NCBI GenBank assembly: GCA_964057225.1
Contig: OZ059895.1
Location: 2,356,001-2,420,000 of the forward strand
Direction: 5' to 3'
DNA from: Auanema rhodensis
Taxonomy: Eukaryota; Animalia; Nematoda
Length of the DNA: 64,000 nt
The first letter of the stretch is position 1. Each line of letters begins with the position of its first letter. Below the pieces are notes generated by a model. It made no database searches. It was given only the letters and a program-made list of their open reading frames with translations, and had not been told where the DNA came from. A program made the translations under genes and the position numbers. This document shows positions 55,815 through 64,000 of the stretch, piece by piece.

Positions 55815-58800
55815 CATGGAAACTCAACATACACTAATGCATCATTTTTCAAACGATCATAACTAATTTTTGTATCAAGCGTTTCTCAATGTAGTATAGT
55901 GCATTCGATGCGGATTTTTAAGCTGCGTCGATCTGTGTTATCAGATTTGCGCTAGCTTAAAAATGCACCGAGATATCAACTGATATAAGTTCACACATAT
56001 ATCCTCGATTTTCACCCTGAAGAATTAATTTTTTCGTTGAATAACATTGTCCATCGTCTTTGCCTTGAAAAATGGAATCTAAAAACATCTACTTTTTGCT
56101 AAATTATCTTGAAATTTTTCGAAAAAATTTTTGTCAAAATGTTTTTGGAAGCAATGTTGAGTGTACATGGAAACTCAACATACACTAATGCATCATTTTT
56201 CAAACGATCATAACTAATTTTTTTATCAAACGTTTCTCAATGTAGTATAGTGCATTCGATGCGGATTTTTAAGCTGCGTCGATCTGTGTTATCAGATTTG
56301 CGCTAGCTTAAAAATGCACCGAGATATCAACTGATATAAGTTCACACTTATATCCTCGATTTTCACCCTGAAGAATTAATTTTTTCGTTGAATAACATTG
56401 TCCATCGTCTTTGCCTTGAAAAAAGGAATCTAAAAACATCTACTTTTTGCTAAATTATTTTGAAATGTTTGGAAAAAATTTTTGTCAAAATGTTTTTGGA
56501 AGCAATGTTGAGTGTACATGGAAACTCAACATACACTAATGCATCATTTTTCAAACGATCATAACTAATTTTTGTATTAAGCGTTTCTCAATGTAGTATA
56601 GTGCATTCGATGCGAATTTTTAAGCTGCGTCGATCTGTGTTATCAGATTTGCGCTAGCTTAAAAATGCACCGAGATATCAACTGATATAAGTTCACACTT
56701 ATATCCTCGATTTTCACCCTGAAGAATTAATTTTTTCGTTGAATAACATTGTCCATCGTCTTTGCCTTGAAAAAAGGAATCTAAAAACATCTACTTTTTG
56801 CTAAATTATTTTGAAATTTTTGGAAAAAATTTTTGTCAAAATGTTTTTGGAAGCAATGTTGAGTGTACATGGAAACTCAACATACACTAATGCATCATTT
56901 TTCAAACGATCATAACTAATTTTTGTATTAAGCGTTTCTCAATGTAGTATAGTGCATTCGATGCGAATTTTTAAGCTGCGTCGATCTGTGTTATCAGATT
57001 TGCGCTAGCTTAAAAATGCACCGAGATATCAACTGATATAAGTTCACACTTATATCCTCGATTTTCACCCTGAAGAATTAATTTTTTCGTTGAATAACAT
57101 TGTCCATCGTCTTTGCCTTGAAAAAAGGAATCTAAAAACATCTACTTTTTGCTAAATTATTTTGAAATTTTTGGAAAAAATTTTTGTCAAAATGTTTTTG
57201 GAAGCAATGTTGAGTGTACATGGAAACTCAACATACACTAATGCATCATTTTTCAAACGATCACAACTAATTTTTGTATCAAGCGTTTCTCAATGTAGTA
57301 TAGTGCATTCGATGCGGATTTTTAAGCTGCGTCGATCTGTGTTATCAGATTTGCGCTAGCTTAAAAATGCACCGAGATATCAACTGATATAAGTTCACAC
57401 ATATATCCTCGATTTTCACCCTGAAGAATTAATTTTTTCGTTGAATAACATTGTCCATCGTCTTTGCCTTAAAAAATGGAATCTAAAAACATCTACTTTT
57501 TGCTAAATTATCTTGAAATTTTTCGAAAAAATTTTTGTCAAAATGTTTTTGGAAGCAATGTTGAGTGTACATGGAAACTCAACATACACTAATGCATCAT
57601 TTTTCAAACGATCATAACTAATTTTTGTATCAAGCGTTTCTCAATGTAGTATAGTGCATTCGATGCGGATTTTTAAGCTGCGTCGATCTGTGTTATCAGA
57701 TTTGCGCTAGCTTAAAAATGCACCGAGATATCAACTGATATAAGTTCACACATATATCCTCGATTTTCACCCTGAAGAATTAATTTTTTCGTTGAATAAC
57801 ATTGTCCATCGTCTTTGCCTTGAAAAATGGAATCTAAAAACATCTACTTTTTGCTAAATTATTTTGAAATTTTTCGAAAAAATTTTTGTCAAAATGTTTT
57901 TGGAAGCAATGTTGAGTGTACATGGAAACTCAACATACACTAATGCATCATTTTTCAAACGATCATAACTAATTTTTGTATCAAACGTTTCTCAATGTAG
58001 TATAGTGCATTCGATGCGGATTTTTAAGCTGCGTCGATCTGTGTTATCAGATTTGCGCTAGCTTAAAAATGCACCGAGATATCAACTGATATAAGTTCAC
58101 ACTTATATCCTCGATTTTCACCCTGAAGAATTAATTTTTTCGTTGAATAACATTGTCCATCGTCTTTGCCTTGAAAAAAGGAATCTAAAAACATCTACTT
58201 TTTGCTAAATTATTTTGAAATGTTTGGAAAAAATTTTTGTCAAAATGTTTTTGGAAGCAATGTTGAGTGTACATGGAAACTCAACATACACTAATGCATC
58301 ATTTTTCAAACGATCATAACTAATTTTTGTATTAAGCGTTTCTCAATGTAGTATAGTGCATTCGATGCGAATTTTTAAGCTGCGTCGATCTGTGTTATCA
58401 GATTTGCGCTAGCTTAAAAATGCACCGAGATATCAACTGATATAAGTTCACACTTATATCCTCGATTTTCACCCTGAAGAATTAATTTTTTCGTTGAATA
58501 ACATTGTCCATCGTCTTTGCCTTGAAAAAAGGAATCTAAAAACATCTACTTTTTGCTAAATTATTTTGAAATTTTTGGAAAAAATTTTTGTCAAAATGTT
58601 TTTGGAAGCAATGTTGAGTGTACATGGAAACTCAACATACACTAATGCATCATTTTTCAAACGATCATAACTAATTTTTGTATCAAGCGTTTCTCAATGT
58701 AGTATAGTGCATTCGATGCGGATTTTTAAGCTGCGTCGATCTGTGTTATCAGATTTGCGCTAGCTTAAAAATGCACCGAGATATCAACTGATATAAGTTC

Positions 58801-61800
58801 ACACTTATATCCTCGATTTTCACCCTGAAGAATTAATTTTTTCGTTGAATAACATTGTCCATCGTCTTTGCCTTGAAAAATGGAATCTAAAAACATCTAC
58901 TTTTTGCTAAATTATCTTGAAATTTTTCGAAAAAATTTTTGTCAAAATGTTTTTGGAAGCAATGTTGAGTGTACATGGAAACTCAACATACACTAATGCA
59001 TCATTTTTCAAACGATCATAACTAATTTTTGTATCAAACGTTTCTTAATGTAGTATAGTGCATTCGATGCGGATTTTTAAGCTGCGTCGATCTGTGTTAT
59101 CAGATTTGCGCTAGCTTAAAAATGCACCGAGATATCAACTGATATAAGTTCACACTTATATCCTCGATTTTCACCCTGAAGAATTAATTTTTTCGTTGAA
59201 TAACATTGTCCATCGTCTTTGCCTTGAAAAATGGAATCTAAAAACATCTACTTTTTGCTAAATTATCTTGAAATTTTTCGAAAAAATTTTTGTCAAAATG
59301 TTTTTGGAAGCAATGTTGAGTGTACATGGAAACTCAACATACACTAATGCATCATTTTTCAAACGATCATAACTAATTTTTGTATCAAACGTTTCTCAAT
59401 GTAGTATAGTGCATTCGATGCGGATTTTTAAGCTGCGTCGATCTGTGTTATCAGATTTGCGCTAGCTTAAAAATGCACCGAGATATCAACTGATATAAGT
59501 TCACACTTATATCCTCGATTTTCACCCTGAAGAATTAATTTTTTCGTTGAATAACATTGTCCATCGTCTTTGCCTTGAAAAAAGGAATCTAAAAACATCT
59601 ACTTTTTGCTAAATTATTTTGAAATGTTTGGAAAAAATTTTTGTCAAAATGTTTTTGGAAGCAATGTTGAGTGTACATGGAAACTCAACATACACTAATG
59701 CATCATTTTTCAAACGATCATAACTAATTTTTGTATTAAGCGTTTCTCAATGTAGTATAGTGCATTCGATGCGAATTTTTAAGCTGCGTCGATCTGTGTT
59801 ATCAGATTTGCGCTAGCTTAAAAATGCACCGAGATATCAACTGATATAAGTTCACACTTATATCCTCGATTTTCACCCTGAAGAATTAATTTTTTCGTTG
59901 AATAACATTGTCCATCGTCTTTGCCTTGAAAAAAGGAATCTAAAAACATCTACTTTTTGCTAAATTATTTTGAAATTTTTGGAAAAAATTTTTGTCAAGA
60001 TGTTTTTGGAAGCAATGTTGAGTGTACATGGAAACTCAACATACACTAATGCATCATTTTTCAAACGATCATAACTAATTTTTGTATTAAGCGTTTCTCA
60101 ATGTAGTATAGTGCATTCGATGCGAATTTTTAAGCTGCGTCGATCTGTGTTATCAGATTTGCGCTAGCTTAAAAATGCACCGAGATATCAACTGATATAA
60201 GTTCACACTTATATCCTCGATTTTCACCCTGAAGAATTAATTTTTTCGTTGAATAACATTGTCCATCGTCTTTGCCTTGAAAAAAGGAATCTAAAAACAT
60301 CTACTTTTTGCTAAATTATTTTGAAATTTTTGGAAAAAATTTTTGTCAAAATGTTTTTGGAAGCAATGTTGAGTGTACATGGAAACTCAACATACACTAA
60401 TGCATCATTTTTCAAACGATCATAACTAATTTTTGTATCAAGCGTTTCTCAATGTAGTATAGTGCATTCGATGCGGATTTTTAAGCTGCGTCGATCTGTG
60501 TTATCAGATTTGCGCTAGCTTAAAAATGCACCGAGATATCAACTGATATAAGTTCACACTTATATCCTCGATTTTCACCCTGAAGAATTAATTTTTTCGT
60601 TGAATAACATTGTCCATCGTCTTTGCCTTGAAAAATGGAATCTAAAAACATCTACTTTTTGCTAAATTATCTTGAAATTTTTCGAAAAAATTTTTGTCAA
60701 AATGTTTTTGGAAGCAATGTTGAGTGTACATGGAAACTCAACATACACTAATGCATCATTTTTCAAACGATCATAACTAATTTTTGTATCAAACGTTTCT
60801 CAATGTAGTATAGTGCATTCGATGCGGATTTTTAAGCTGCGTCGATCTGTGTTATCAGATTTGCGCTAGCTTAAAAATGCACCGAGATATCAACTGATAT
60901 AAGTTCACACTTATATCCTCGATTTTCACCCTGAAGAATTAATTTTTTCGTTGAATAACATTGTCCATCGTCTTTGCCTTGAAAAAAGGAATCTAAAAAC
61001 ATCTACTTTTTGCTAAATTATTTTGAAATGTTTGGAAAAAATTTTTGTCAAAATGTTTTTGGAAGCAATGTTGAGTGTACATGGAAACTCAACATACACT
61101 AATGCATCATTTTTCAAACGATCATAACTAATTTTTGTATTAAGCGTTTCTCAATGTAGTATAGTGCATTCGATGCGAATTTTTAAGCTGCGTCGATCTG
61201 TGTTATCAGATTTGCGCTAGCTTAAAAATGCACCGAGATATCAACTGATATAAGTTCACACTTATATCCTCGATTTTCACCCTGAAGAATTAATTTTTTC
61301 GTTGAATAACATTGTCCATCGTCTTTGCCTTGAAAAAAGGAATCTAAAAACATCTACTTTTTGCTAAATTATTTTGAAATTTTTGGAAAAAATTTTTGTC
61401 AAGATGTTTTTGGAAGCAATGTTGAGTGTACATGGAAACTCAACATACACTAATGCATCATTTTTCAAACGATCATAACTAATTTTTGTATTAAGCGTTT
61501 CTCAATGTAGTATAGTGCATTCGATGCGAATTTTTAAGCTGCGTCGATCTGTGTTATCAGATTTGCGCTAGCTTAAAAATGCACCGAGATATCAACTGAT
61601 ATAAGTTCACACTTATATCCTCGATTTTCACCCTGAAGAATTAATTTTTTCGTTGAATAACATTGTCCATCGTCTTTGCCTTGAAAAAAGGAATCTAAAA
61701 ACATCTACTTTTTGCTAAATTATTTTGAAATTTTTGGAAAAAATTTTTGTCAAAATGTTTTTGGAAGCAATGTTGAGTGTACATGGAAACTCAACATACA

Positions 61801-63887
61801 CTAATGCATCATTTTTCAAACGATCATAACTAATTTTTGTATCAAGCGTTTCTCAATGTAGTATAGTGCATTCGATGCGGATTTTTAAGCTGCGTCGATC
61901 TGTGTTATCAGATTTGCGCTAGCTTAAAAATGCACCGAGATATCAACTGATATAAGTTCACACATATATCCTCGATTTTCACCCTGAAGAATTAATTTTT
62001 TCGTTGAATAACATTGTCCATCGTCTTTGCCTTGAAAAATGGAATCTAAAAACATCTACTTTTTGCTAAATTATCTTGAAATTTTTCGAAAAAATTTTTG
62101 TCAAAATGTTTTTGGAAGCAATGTTGAGTGTACATGGAAACTCAACATACACTAATGCATCATTTTTCAAACGATCATAACTAATTTTTGTATCAAACGT
62201 TTCTCAATGTAGTATAGTGCATTCGATGCGGATTTTTAAGCTGCGTCGATCTGTGTTATCAGATTTGCGCTAGCTTAAAAATGCACCGAGATATCAACTG
62301 ATATAAGTTCACACTTATATCCTCGATTTTCACCCTGAAGAATTAATTTTTTCGTTGAATAACATTGTCCATCGTCTTTGCCTTGAAAAAAGGAATCTAA
62401 AAACATCTACTTTTTGCTAAATTATTTTGAAATGTTTGGAAAAAATTTTTGTCAAAATGTTTTTGGAAGCAATGTTGAGTGTACATGGAAACTCAACATA
62501 CACTAATGCATCATTTTTCAAACGATCATAACTAATTTTTGTATCAAGCGTTTCTCAATGTAGTATAGTGCATTCGATGCGGATTTTTAAGCTGCGTCGA
62601 TCTGTGTTATCAGATTTGCGCTAGCTTAAAAATGCACCGAGATATCAACTGATATAAGTTCACACATATATCCTCGATTTTCACCCTGAAGAATTAATTT
62701 TTTCGTTGAATAACATTGTCCATCGTCTTTGCCTTGAAAAATGGAATCTAAAAACATCTACTTTTTGCTAAATTATCTTGAAATTTTTCGAAAAAATTTT
62801 TGTCAAAATGTTTTTGGAAGCAATGTTGAGTGTACATGGAAACTCAACATACACTAATGCATCATTTTTCAAACGATCATAACTAATTTTTGTATCAAAC
62901 GTTTCTCAATGTAGTATAGTGCATTCGATGCGGATTTTTAAGCTGCGTCGATCTGTGTTATCAGATTTGCGCTAGCTTAAAAATGCACCGAGATATCAAC
63001 TGATATAAGTTCACACTTATATCCTCGATTTTCACCCTGAAGAATTAATTTTTTCGTTGAATAACATTGTCCATCGTCTTTGCCTTAAAAAAAGGAATCT
63101 AAAAACATCTACTTTTTGCTAAATTATTTTGAAATGTTTGGAAAAAATTTTTGTCAAAATGTTTTTGGAAGCAATGTTGAGTGTACATGGAAACTCAACA
63201 TACACTAATGCATCATTTTTCAAACGATCATAACTAATTTTTGTATTAAGCGTTTCTCAATGTAGTATAGTGCATTCGATGCGAATTTTTAAGCTGCGTC
63301 GATCTGTGTTATCAGATTTGCGCTAGCTTAAAAATGCACCGAGATATCAACTGATATAAGTTCACACTTATATCCTCGATTTTCACCCTGAAGAATTAAT
63401 TTTTTCGTTGAATAACATTGTCCATCGTCTTTGCCTTGAAAAAAGGAATCTAAAAACATCTACTTTTTGCTAAATTATTTTGAAATTTTTGGAAAAAATT
63501 TTTGTCAAGATGTTTTTGGAAGCAATGTTGAGTGTACATGGAAACTCAACATACACTAATGCATCATTTTTCAAACGATCATAACTAATTTTTGTATTAA
63601 GCGTTTCTCAATGTAGTATAGTGCATTCGATGCGAATTTTTAAGCTGCGTCGATCTGTGTTATCAGATTTGCGCTAGCTTAAAAATGCACCGAGATATCA
63701 ACTGATATAAGTTCACACTTATATCCTCGATTTTCACCCTGAAGAATTAATTTTTTCGTTGAATAACATTGTCCATCGTCTTTGCCTTGAAAAAAGGAAT
63801 CTAAAAACATCTACTTTTTGCTAAATTATTTTGAAATTTTTGGAAAAAATTTTTGTCAAAATGTTTTTGGAAGCAATGTTGAGTGTA
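55815..63887 (+). repeat. Right-hand variant domain with a different, loosely tetrameric higher-order repeat (G-H-I-I)
   Basis: G = C62 with A183 and/or C294. H = A65/A259/G302. I = A99/A259/G306. The marker GTCAAGATG occurs at 59999, 61403 and 63509 (4 and 6 units apart). Confidence 0.8.
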
Positions 63888-64000
63888 CATGGAAACTCAA
63901 CATACACTAATGCATCATTTTTCAAACGATCATAACTAATTTTTGTATCAAGCGTTTCTCAATGTAGTATAGTGCATTCGATGCGGATTTTTAAGCTGCG

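Larger units (their letters stand above)
1..64000. repeat. Tandem satellite DNA array, 351-bp monomer, about 182.3 copies, head-to-tail, running off both window ends
   Basis: CATGGAAACTCAAC recurs at 1, 352, 703, then 7021, 14041, 21061 and 28081 (exact multiples of 351). The last copy starts at 63888 (182x351+1, plus 5 bp net indel). Units differ only by a few substitutions. No non-repeat sequence or inverted unit was seen. Confidence 0.99.

Noticed and set aside
57162-57359. 65-aa plus-strand ORF (MKFLEK...)
   Set aside because: It is created by a singleton T46C (57264) that removes a TAA, and it starts at TTG. This is a chance ORF in satellite DNA.
1-64000. CRISPR array, 5S rDNA, tRNA or spliced-leader gene cluster as the explanation for the tandem units
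   Set aside because: There are no unique spacers, because the whole unit is repeated. I recognised no 5S, tRNA cloverleaf, Pol III box or SL exon motif on either strand.
1-64000. Whole array as an assembly or concatemer artefact
   Set aside because: Structured, position-dependent SNP haplotypes and nested duplications are not expected from rolling-circle or collapse artefacts. Local copy numbers still need read confirmation.

Overview
The whole 64 kb window is one uninterrupted head-to-tail satellite DNA array of a 351-bp monomer (about 32% GC by hand count). It holds 182 complete units plus a 113-bp partial unit, all in the same orientation. I found no genes, RNA genes, transposon insertions, CRISPR spacers or unique sequence. 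The four listed ORFs come from single stop-removing SNPs in the repeat. The monomer is rich in dyad symmetry: a ~67-bp imperfect hairpin, two perfect 9-bp inverted repeats (one spanning my arbitrary unit boundary) and a TTTTTCGAAAAA-centred palindrome. Diagnostic SNPs show short higher-order repeats and block duplications of 1, 2, 4, 7 and 13 monomers. They also show a left-to-right succession of variant domains, only seven indels, and an apparent palindrome-perfecting mutation. The array looks like eukaryotic (peri)centromeric or heterochromatic satellite, but I cannot name the family or species. I found no support for a new protein-coding system, so the interest lies in satellite structure and evolution. 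Monomer positions (pN) count from the CATGGAAACT at window position 1, and all variant typing was done by eye.
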